From: a virus
Taxonomy: Duplodnaviria > Caudoviricetes
Strand: one strand, 5' to 3'
Length of the DNA stretch: 35,422 nt
Virus record (IMG/VR): IMGVR_UViG_3300037524_001388
Coordinates: 1 to 35,422 of that record
Part shown: one piece after another, positions 8,902 to 15,523 of the stretch
How positions within the stretch are numbered: the first letter of the stretch is position 1
Layout of the letters: each line of letters starts with the position of its first letter
Position numbers and translations under genes: made by a program
The notes under the pieces: model-generated
Seen by the model: only the letters and a program-made list of their open reading frames with translations
What the model was told of the DNA's origin: nothing
Database searches by the model: none

Positions 8902-8980
8902 GCCCGTCTGCCCGTCTGTCCCGTCTGCCCCGTCAGCCCGTCGGCCCGTCGGCCCCGTCGGCCCCGTCGGGCCGGCCGTC
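8902..8980. repeat. CCCGTC tandem repeat, copy 4 (one arm only), overlapping the 3' end of the upstream gene
   Basis: About eight CCCGTC-NN(N) units. They encode ...DGRPDGADGADGPTG at the end of the 8933-9226 ORF. Confidence 0.8.
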
Positions 8981-9226
8981 CGCGCGGGCGGTTCTCTTTT
9001 TCCCCCGCACCAGGGCGGCGGCGCTCTCGGTGGTGGCGGCCGGAGAAGGCCGGGGGGTCTCCCCGGCCTGGCCCCGGTCGCCCCCGGCCGCGGCCGGAGC
9101 GAGCGCGACGGCCTTGCCCAGACGGACCAGCAGGTCCGCGTCCGCGGCCGCGAGGTCGAGGACCTCGCCCTGCATCGCCACCCGGTTCATGGCCACCGTG
9201 TGGCGGGTGATCCTGACGCGCGGCAT
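8933..9226 (-). CDS. Small head-associated hypothetical protein (97 aa)
   Basis: MPRVRITRHTVAMNRVAMQGEVLDLAAADADLLVRLGKAV, typical of small post-capsid genes. The ATG lies just after the upstream stop. Confidence 0.6.
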   Translation of the reverse strand: MPRVRITRHTVAMNRVAMQGEVLDLAAADADLLVRLGKAVALAPAAAGGDRGQAGETPRPSPAATTESAAALVRGKKRTARADGRPDGADGADGPTG

Positions 9227-9231
9227 GCGCC

Positions 9232-9690
9232 CTACCAGCTGCCGCCGACCGAGGGCACGTACTGCGGCCCGCGCCGCAGCGCCCAGGCCGCGCAGGGGAT
9301 GCCGACGGTGTGGGTGCCGGTGAAGTTGAGGACGACGCGGGTGTAGCGCTTTTTCCCGCGGTACTCGGTCCAGTAGAACTGGCTGTCCTCGGCGCCGTCG
9401 TCGATGACGCCGAAGCAGCCCGGGTTGGTCCCCGTGACGGCGTTGGTGAGGTCGGTCTGGGCGACGTCGTTCCAGCTGCTGTTGTCGTTCGACTCCTCGA
9501 GCTCGCACTCGACCTTGATGGAGCCCGAGAGGGTGTCGCCCGAGTTCCCGAGGTGGACCGCGTGCACCACCTCCTGGAAGCCGCGGCCGTCCACGGCCGC
9601 GCAGTTGGTGTCCGGCGCCGCGCCGGACTTGACCACCGGCAGCAGGGTCGAGGAGAGAATGTCGTCGGCTACATTGAAGTCCTTGTTCAT
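9232..9690 (-). CDS. Putative capsid decoration/minor head protein (152 aa)
   Basis: Directly after the major capsid gene. AVDGRGF, LEESNDNSSWNDV and YRGKKRYTRVV motifs. Confidence 0.65.
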   Translation of the reverse strand: MNKDFNVADDILSSTLLPVVKSGAAPDTNCAAVDGRGFQEVVHAVHLGNSGDTLSGSIKVECELEESNDNSSWNDVAQTDLTNAVTGTNPGCFGVIDDGAEDSQFYWTEYRGKKRYTRVVLNFTGTHTVGIPCAAWALRRGPQYVPSVGGSW

Positions 9691-9712
9691 GGGTCGGTCT
9701 CCCTGTGGGTGC

Positions 9713-9742
9713 GGGCCGGGGCCACTGGCAGCGCCCCGGCCC
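9713..9742. promoter_or_regulatory. GC-rich stem-loop downstream of the capsid gene
   Basis: GGGCCGGGGC...GCCCCGGCCC perfect 10-bp stem. No U-tract, so it may act in mRNA stability or attenuation. Confidence 0.5.
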
Positions 9743-9776
9743 TATCGATGTGGGCCGCTTGCGCCCGATCGTTTGT

Positions 9777-11636
9777 TTAGGTGGTCAGCGCGTCCTGCAT
9801 GGCCGCGAAGCTGACGGCGTTCTTGACCGCGATGTCCACGTCCTGCATCGCGATCACGCGGACCGTGCCGGCCAGGCCGCCGGTGATGGGGTCCACCAGG
9901 ATGTCGAGCGCGCCCCACTGCCCGATGACGAGGTCGTTGAAGTTGCCGAAGATGACCGCCGAGCAGACCGCTCCCGAGCCGCCCTTCGTGATGGTGCCCG
10001 GCACCTGGTTGGTGACCGCCGCGCGGTAGCCGTTGACCATGCCCATGCCGTCCGCGCCCGTCTGCCAGACCGGGATCTCCCCGTAGGTGGCGTTGGTGAA
10101 GACGGTCCTCAGCTTGCCCCTCACCTTGGCGTTGGTGAGGTAGGCGAGCGCGCCAACGTCCGCGTTGTCGATCGCCACCTCGCTCTCCAGCCCGACGATA
10201 TGCGCCCAGGTGAGCGCCTTGCCGTTGGTGCCGCCCACGACCGCGCCGATGCCGACCACGTTCAGGATCCCGCGCGGCTCGGGGGAGGAGCCGGAGCCGT
10301 TGATGGCGGCCCGGTCGATTTCGAGCGCGAGCGTGGTGGCGAGCTCGTTTCTCACGTAGGCCTCGACGTCGATCGAGGCCTGCAGCAGGAGCTTGCGGCT
10401 GATGTCGCTGTAGGCGCCGACCGTCTTGGGGGTGAGCGCCACCTGGCGGAAGGTCTGCGTGCTCTCGCTGGTGATGTTGGTGCTCTCGCCCACCCAGTAG
10501 GCGGTGGAGCCGGCGAGCGCGCCGGGGATGGCGATGTCCCCCACCAGGCCCGAGAGGATGCGGGTGCCGAGCTGGGCGATCACCATCTTGTTGCGCAGCA
10601 GCGCGATGAAGTCCTGCGCGAGGAGGTTCGTGGCGACGAGGTGGCCGCCCTGGCTGTCGGTGGTGACGTTGAGGTCGCGGCGCAGCACGTCGTTCGGGAC
10701 GTAGCCCCCGCGGGCGGCCTTGCCGATCTTCTTCGCGGCGGCGTCGGAGCACTCGAACTCGAAGGGGGCGAGGTCGCGGCGGCCATTGGCGAGCGCGTTG
10801 ATGAGCCGCACGACGCTGAACTGCCGGGCCTCGGCCGCGGAGAGGCCGATGTCGGGCGTGGTGGCGACGGGCCGGACCTGGCCGAGCTTCTCCAGGACCT
10901 GCATGCGGAACTCCTCGATGCCGACGCCGGCGGCGACGGCCTGGGCGGCGGCCTCTTTCATGTTGAACTTTTCCCCGTAGGCCGTGATCTCGCGGATGCG
11001 GGTCTGCTCGGCCTTGCGGGCGTTGTCGGTGATCTCCTTCACTTTGGCGGCCTCGGCGGCCGGGTCGGGGGTGACGATGGGTTCAGGCATGGCGCCCTCC
11101 TGTGATTTGTATTCGATCACGAGCGTGTGATCGCGTTTGGAGTTGTTTACGGTTTTGGCGGCGGGGTCCGCCGGCACGGAGACGATCGACACTTCGAGCG
11201 GCTCCCAGTCCATGATGCGGTAGGTCTCCTTCCCGTCCTTCTCCTCGACCAGGACCGCGCGGTGCACGATGTAGCCCACCGAGACACTCTTGCGGATGCC
11301 GTCGAGCACGTCCTGGTAGATCTCCTCGGCCCGCGCGCTTTTCCCGAAGCGCGCGAACGCCCGCCCGGTGCGGTCGTCCCCGATCCAGATCTGCTCCAGG
11401 ACGCCGATGTGGTCGTCCGGGTCGTGGCCCACCAGAAGCGGGCCGGCCTCCTTGAGGCGCGCGAGGCGCACGCTGCCGGATCCGTGGTCCAGAATCTCGA
11501 CGCCCCACCAGCGCTCGTAGGGGGCCTCGGTCGAGAACTTGAGCTCGACCGTGCGCTCCTCGGGCTTGGCCGAGGCGCGGTCGATCACCATCTGCCGGTA
11601 CTGCACCGGCTCAATCTGCTTGAATCTCTCTGCCAT
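9777..11636 (-). CDS. Prohead protease-major capsid protein fusion (HK97 fold, 619 aa)
   Basis: N-terminal HK97-type protease motifs (LLVGHD, VSVGY, EVSIVSVPAD). C-terminal capsid motifs (GGHLV, AYWVGE, LTPKTVGA, DRAAINGSG...PRGIL, FGNF). Confidence 0.93.
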   Translation of the reverse strand: MAERFKQIEPVQYRQMVIDRASAKPEERTVELKFSTEAPYERWWGVEILDHGSGSVRLARLKEAGPLLVGHDPDDHIGVLEQIWIGDDRTGRAFARFGKSARAEEIYQDVLDGIRKSVSVGYIVHRAVLVEEKDGKETYRIMDWEPLEVSIVSVPADPAAKTVNNSKRDHTLVIEYKSQEGAMPEPIVTPDPAAEAAKVKEITDNARKAEQTRIREITAYGEKFNMKEAAAQAVAAGVGIEEFRMQVLEKLGQVRPVATTPDIGLSAAEARQFSVVRLINALANGRRDLAPFEFECSDAAAKKIGKAARGGYVPNDVLRRDLNVTTDSQGGHLVATNLLAQDFIALLRNKMVIAQLGTRILSGLVGDIAIPGALAGSTAYWVGESTNITSESTQTFRQVALTPKTVGAYSDISRKLLLQASIDVEAYVRNELATTLALEIDRAAINGSGSSPEPRGILNVVGIGAVVGGTNGKALTWAHIVGLESEVAIDNADVGALAYLTNAKVRGKLRTVFTNATYGEIPVWQTGADGMGMVNGYRAAVTNQVPGTITKGGSGAVCSAVIFGNFNDLVIGQWGALDILVDPITGGLAGTVRVIAMQDVDIAVKNAVSFAAMQDALTT

Positions 11637-13062
11637 CCTGCTTCTCCTTTTTGGCCGCGGCGCCGGCCACGTCGATCCCGAGGCGGCGCGCCTCGGCGTC
11701 CTCGTCCTGCAGCTCCTCGAAGACGTCCTCGAGGTCGAGCCCCAGGTTGGCGGCGATCCGCGTGCGGGAGTTGACCCCGAGCGCCACCTCGCGCTCCGAG
11801 GCCGAGATGTCCTTCTCCGGGTCGATCCAGCTCCAGCGCCGCGCCTGCCAGACCGGCGCGTTCCAGCGCTCGATCTCGCGCATCGGCAGCGCGAGCCGCC
11901 CCGAGGCGATGGCGTGCGGCAGCCAGGCCTCGAAGACCGGCTGCACCAGGTGCTCGATCAAAAAGCCCTGGAGCGCCATGTAGTAGCCGCGCTCCTCCAG
12001 CAGCCCCTGGCGCCCTGAGGAATAGCTGGTCTCGGTCAGGTCGTTCGCCAGGCTGATGTAGGAGACGTTGAGGCCGCTCGCGATCCCCTTGAGGGCGGAC
12101 TTGACGAAGTCCCCGAAGGCCTGGTTGGGGTGGGTGGGGTTGAACTCCTTGAACTCGTAGCCGTCGGGCAGCTCCTGGAACTTGCCCGGGGAGACCTCCT
12201 CGATCAGGTTGCCGGAGGCGTCCTTGTCGTCGTAGGGGTAGCCGGCCTCGGACTTGCGGGTGAAGAAGCCCATCTTGGCGGCGGCGACGCGGGCGGCCAC
12301 CACCTCGGAGTACTTGTAGTGCCCGAGCTGGTGCAGCTCCTTCAGCGCCGCCACGGTCCAGGGATAGCCGCGGGTCTGCTCGGCGCGCTCGGCGTCGTAG
12401 ACGTGCAGGATCTCGGCGGCGGGGACCCGCTGGCGCTTCTGCGCCGGCTGCAGCGGGTAGTGGTTCTGGCCGGGGTGGCTGGTGAGCAGGTGGTAGGCCA
12501 CCGGGCCCTTCCACTCGTCGAGCTCCACCCCCATGACGACGCGGCGGGCGAGGTCGTTGTAGTCGTGGTCGAGGTACTCGGGGTCGAGCAGCTGCAGGCC
12601 GAAGCGGAAGTCGTTGCCCGGGAAGCCGGAGACGAGGCGCGCGATCAGCTCGCCGTCGCGCGCGAGCCCCTTGACGGCGATGGCGAGCAGGTCGGTGAAG
12701 GAGAGCCGCCGCGTGACGGTGCAGTTCTGCGGGCGGCACCACTCCCACCAGGCCGCCTCGATCTTGCGGTTGGCGGCGGGGTCGAGCTGGTCGCCCTTGG
12801 CGGTGCGCGCCTTGCTCTGCAGCCGGATCCCGGCCGGGCCGACCACGTTGGCGGCGAGCAGCGCGAGGAAGCGCCGGCCGTAGACGTTGTTGGCGCACAG
12901 GTCGCGGCTGCGCGCCCGCAGCACCGTGAGCCCGGAGCGGATGTCCGCGTCGATGGCGAGCGAGCTCGTCACCCAGTCGGCCACGAGGCGGGAAATGCGG
13001 GCCGCGTCGAAGCCCCGGCGGGCGGGGCGGGGGGCGAAGATGCGGCGCAGCGCCTTAATCAC
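11611..13062 (-). CDS. Portal protein, lambda family (483 aa)
   Basis: LRARSRDL, GVELDEW.GPVAYH, QTRGYPW, SYSSGRQGLLE and WIDPEKD motifs. Confidence 0.95.
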   Translation of the reverse strand: MIKALRRIFAPRPARRGFDAARISRLVADWVTSSLAIDADIRSGLTVLRARSRDLCANNVYGRRFLALLAANVVGPAGIRLQSKARTAKGDQLDPAANRKIEAAWWEWCRPQNCTVTRRLSFTDLLAIAVKGLARDGELIARLVSGFPGNDFRFGLQLLDPEYLDHDYNDLARRVVMGVELDEWKGPVAYHLLTSHPGQNHYPLQPAQKRQRVPAAEILHVYDAERAEQTRGYPWTVAALKELHQLGHYKYSEVVAARVAAAKMGFFTRKSEAGYPYDDKDASGNLIEEVSPGKFQELPDGYEFKEFNPTHPNQAFGDFVKSALKGIASGLNVSYISLANDLTETSYSSGRQGLLEERGYYMALQGFLIEHLVQPVFEAWLPHAIASGRLALPMREIERWNAPVWQARRWSWIDPEKDISASEREVALGVNSRTRIAANLGLDLEDVFEELQDEDAEARRLGIDVAGAAAKKEKQDGREIQAD

Positions 13063-13642
13063 GTCCGAACCTCACGAGCACCTGCTTTCCCGAGCCGAGC
13101 CCATTGGCCACACGCTCCGCGGCCTGCTCGTTCTCGTAGGCCGCGCGGTAGCGGTCGCGCCACTCGAGCAGCCGGTGGATGGGCATCATGCCGACCACCT
13201 GCCCGCCCACGACCATCTGCTCCTGCTCCTTGCTGGCGCGCGCCTCGAGCTTGGCCTCGATGGCGTCGAGCACGCGCTTGACGTGGGAGCGGGCGTCGTG
13301 GCCGCCGGCGGCGGCGGCGAAGTTGGGCAGGATCCGGATCGTGCCCGAGCCGACGAGGTAGCGCTCGGTCGTTTTGGTGACGTAGGCTTGCCAGGCGTAG
13401 GTGCCGGCGGCGTAGCCGGCGGTGGTGGCGGCGGCGATCGAGACGAGGTGGTCGTCGCCCGAGGCGGCGGCGGTGATGGCGATCCTGGCGCCGGTCTTCA
13501 CCAGCGCGTAGGTGAGCGCCCAGCCGGCGGAGGCCTTGGGCGCCTCGCCGGTCGGGATGACGAGCGCGGCGGCCTCGCGCTTCCATGCCACGAGGTCGCC
13601 GGCGGTGAAGCTTTCGGGCTCTGTCGTCGCGTACTCGGTCAC
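13055..13642 (-). CDS. Head-tail joining protein (extended gpW-like)
   Basis: EPESFTAGD...W, DARSHVKRVLDAIEA, and a C-terminal VLVRF overlapping the portal start. GTG start 13642 with GGAG RBS (ORF track start 13660). Confidence 0.7.
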   Translation of the reverse strand: MTEYATTEPESFTAGDLVAWKREAAALVIPTGEAPKASAGWALTYALVKTGARIAITAAASGDDHLVSIAAATTAGYAAGTYAWQAYVTKTTERYLVGSGTIRILPNFAAAAGGHDARSHVKRVLDAIEAKLEARASKEQEQMVVGGQVVGMMPIHRLLEWRDRYRAAYENEQAAERVANGLGSGKQVLVRFGRD

Positions 13643-13663
13643 ATCTGCGTCTCCGTCCAAAAG

Positions 13664-13711
13664 AAAACCGGGGCTGTCCCGAATCGATGGACCCAGGATA
13701 ACCCCGGTTTT
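13664..13711. promoter_or_regulatory. Inverted repeat upstream of the head genes (candidate late regulatory site)
   Basis: AAAACCGGGG (13664-13673) and CCCCGGTTTT (13702-13711) form a perfect 10-bp inverted repeat with a 28-nt spacer. Confidence 0.45.
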
Positions 13712-13786
13712 CGGACGAAAACGGAAAATGGGCGGAAAAAAGCGCTACAGGGGCGGATAATGGGCGAACAAAGGTGTTGACGCGGT

Positions 13787-14005
13787 TTATTCTGCGTCCG
13801 TCGGCACGTCTTTCATGCCCCGGCCGGTTATCTGTTTGAAAAACACGTCGATGTTGTCGGAATGGGCATACCAGCGGTTGTTGATCACCCGCGCCGGCAT
13901 GCCCATTTTGACGAAGTCATAAAAGGCGGGCTCGCCGATGCCGAGATATTCGCGAATCCGCTCCTTGCCGATCAGCAGCCGACCGTGCCCGTTCGATCCG
14001 CTCAT
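13787..14005 (-). CDS. Small helix-turn-helix protein (excisionase/Nu1-like, 72 aa)
   Basis: LIGKERIREYLGIGEPAFYDFVKMGMPARVINNRWYA fits a MerR/Xis-type winged HTH. Confidence 0.65.
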   Translation of the reverse strand: MSGSNGHGRLLIGKERIREYLGIGEPAFYDFVKMGMPARVINNRWYAHSDNIDVFFKQITGRGMKDVPTDAE

Positions 14006-14043
14006 TTTGCCGCATCCCTCATCGTCACGCCCGCCCGATCAAC

Positions 14044-14197
14044 CCGCCGCCGTTCATTGAAACCCATGCCGGGCCATGCCCGGCCGCGCCCAGCCTAGCC
14101 ATAAATCCCTGCCTTGCCGTGCCAGGCCGGTGCCATGCCGCGCCTTGCCATGCCGAGCCGTGCCGAGCCGTGCCGCGCCATGCCATAAATCCCTGCC
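14044..14197 (-). repeat. GGC-NN pentamer array 2 (downstream of the RAMP-like cassette), candidate guide ncRNA
   Basis: Minus strand: GGCAG, GGATTTAT, 15 units (one is the 6-mer GGCACC), GGATTTAT, 7 units, then GGGTTTCAATGAACGGCGGCGG. Confidence 0.9.
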
Positions 14198-14685
14198 TAA
14201 TCCAGCATTTTTTTCTCGACCGCCGGTATTTTGCGCTTGTTGGCGGCGGCCATTATGAAAACCGTGCGGTTGATGTTGCGGTCCCTGTTTTTCTGCCCGG
14301 CGTCACTCAGGGCGGCGACGGCGACGTTGGCGAGCACGTCGAGCGACTTGCGCAGGTGCTTGCGCGCCTTGTCGTGCTGGCGCTCCCAGCCGATTGTGAC
14401 CTGGTCGTCCGGCGCGAGCACCTTGTAGCCCCGGCCGCGGACGTTGTGCAGGTAGAGATTGTGCTTGTGCAGGCACTCGCGCTTGAGCTCCTCGACCTTC
14501 TCCAGGAAATCGAACTGGCTCTTTTTGACGTCCTTCCAAAACGAATGCGCGCGCGGCCTTTTGGTCTCGAGCGCGGCGTACAGCTCGTCCAAATCGATCG
14601 TGAAGCCGTAGCCCTCCCGCGCGACCCGCGCCGCGATCGCCATGGCGGCCTCCTTCCAAATCGGGTGGATTCTCGTCTCGTCCAT
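14197..14685 (-). CDS. Winged-helix-like accessory protein paired with the RAMP-like gene (162 aa)
   Basis: MDETRIHPIWKEAA... starts 8 nt after the upstream stop with a GAGG RBS. It has an LHNVRGRGYKVL wing-like motif and a basic helical C-terminus. Confidence 0.7.
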   Translation of the reverse strand: MDETRIHPIWKEAAMAIAARVAREGYGFTIDLDELYAALETKRPRAHSFWKDVKKSQFDFLEKVEELKRECLHKHNLYLHNVRGRGYKVLAPDDQVTIGWERQHDKARKHLRKSLDVLANVAVAALSDAGQKNRDRNINRTVFIMAAANKRKIPAVEKKMLD

Positions 14686-14693
14686 GGCGCGCC

Positions 14694-15317
14694 TCACTTT
14701 ACGACGCTCGGGTCGAAGTGCCCGTATCGCTCGCGGTAATCGCCGAGGCCCTCGTATTTGCCGGCCGCCTGCACGATCTCGAGCAGGCTGCGCTCGTCGA
14801 TCACCTCGGGGTCGTACAGAACGGTGCAGGTGATGGACCACTTGTCGAACCGCGGCCGGGTGCGCACGACGCTGCCCTGCCCCTTCGGCTTGGCGATCCG
14901 CCGGTCATAGTACTTGGCGAAAAGGGAGTCCAGGCTTTTGCAGGGCACATCGTCCGGGGTTGCGGGGATGGCCTCCAGGCGGCACTTGTCGTCCGGAAAT
15001 TTCAGGCGGCAGTACAGCCCGTCCACGCGCACGCCCTGCTTGATTTTCTTGCCGTCGCGCGTCCTTCTCCCGGCGCGCTCCAGCATCGCCTCGACGTTGG
15101 TCGCCGGGACGCTGACGTACCCTTCGGGGTCGAAATACAGACCGCTCTCCCAGTCGAGCCGCGAGACGGCCAAGTGGTCCTCGTCGGTCTTCTTTTTGGC
15201 GGACTTGCCGAAGTAGGGCCGCTTGGCCTTGACGTACAGGTCGAGCGGATCGGCGCTGCGGTTGTTGTGCAGCAGCAGTGGAGTTGTCCCTTCGAATCGG
15301 AATGTGATCTCTTTCAT
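14694..15317 (-). CDS. Stand-alone Cas7/RAMP-like RNA-binding protein (207 aa)
   Basis: Strong GAGGAGG RBS before ATG 15317. RAMP-like motifs in order: ITFRFEGTTPLLLHN, YVSVPATNVEAMLERA, VRTRPRFDKWSITCTVLYD, and C-terminal Gly-rich loop AGKYEGLGDYRERYGHF. Fold assigned by motif only. Confidence 0.75.
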   Translation of the reverse strand: MKEITFRFEGTTPLLLHNNRSADPLDLYVKAKRPYFGKSAKKKTDEDHLAVSRLDWESGLYFDPEGYVSVPATNVEAMLERAGRRTRDGKKIKQGVRVDGLYCRLKFPDDKCRLEAIPATPDDVPCKSLDSLFAKYYDRRIAKPKGQGSVVRTRPRFDKWSITCTVLYDPEVIDERSLLEIVQAAGKYEGLGDYRERYGHFDPSVVK

Positions 15318-15356
15318 TTTTGCGCCTCCTCGTCTTTGATTGCTTTTTTTTGTAAA

Positions 15357-15512
15357 CCGCCGCCGTTCATTGAAACCCATGCCGGGCCCTGCCCGGCCAG
15401 GCCAAGCCGTGCCGCGCCATGCCCCGCCAGGCCGCGCCATAAATCCATGCCTTGCCTCGCCCTGCCCCGCCCCGCCTTGCCGGGCCTTGCCCGGCCATGC
15501 CGCGCCATAAAC
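15357..15512 (-). repeat. GGC-NN pentamer array 1 (upstream of the RAMP-like gene), candidate guide ncRNA
   Basis: Minus strand: GTTTAT, 12 perfect GGCNN units, GGATTTAT, 12 perfect units, then GGGTTTCAATGAACGGCGGCGG. Confidence 0.9.
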
Positions 15513-15523
15513 AAACACTACCC

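Noticed and set aside
9713-9742. Intrinsic terminator after the capsid gene
   Set aside because: The stem is strong but has no U-tract in the direction of transcription, so it is kept only as a stem-loop.
14066-15506. Pentamer arrays as protein-coding low-complexity sequence (ORFs 14076-14258, 15314-15514, 15367-15813 and the N-terminal 251 aa of 14694-16070)
   Set aside because: A 5-nt period is not codon-compatible and gives ARHG/PCRA-type junk in all frames. The flanking genes have their own RBS and starts.
14066-15506. A self-target for the NN strings within this window
   Set aside because: A spot check of one segment near the cro-like gene found no match. A full gapped search cannot be done by eye, so no target is claimed.
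14044-15512. Canonical CRISPR array
   Set aside because: There are no 23-47 bp repeats separated by unique spacers. The periodicity is 5 nt with 8-nt dividers, and no cas1/cas2 is present.
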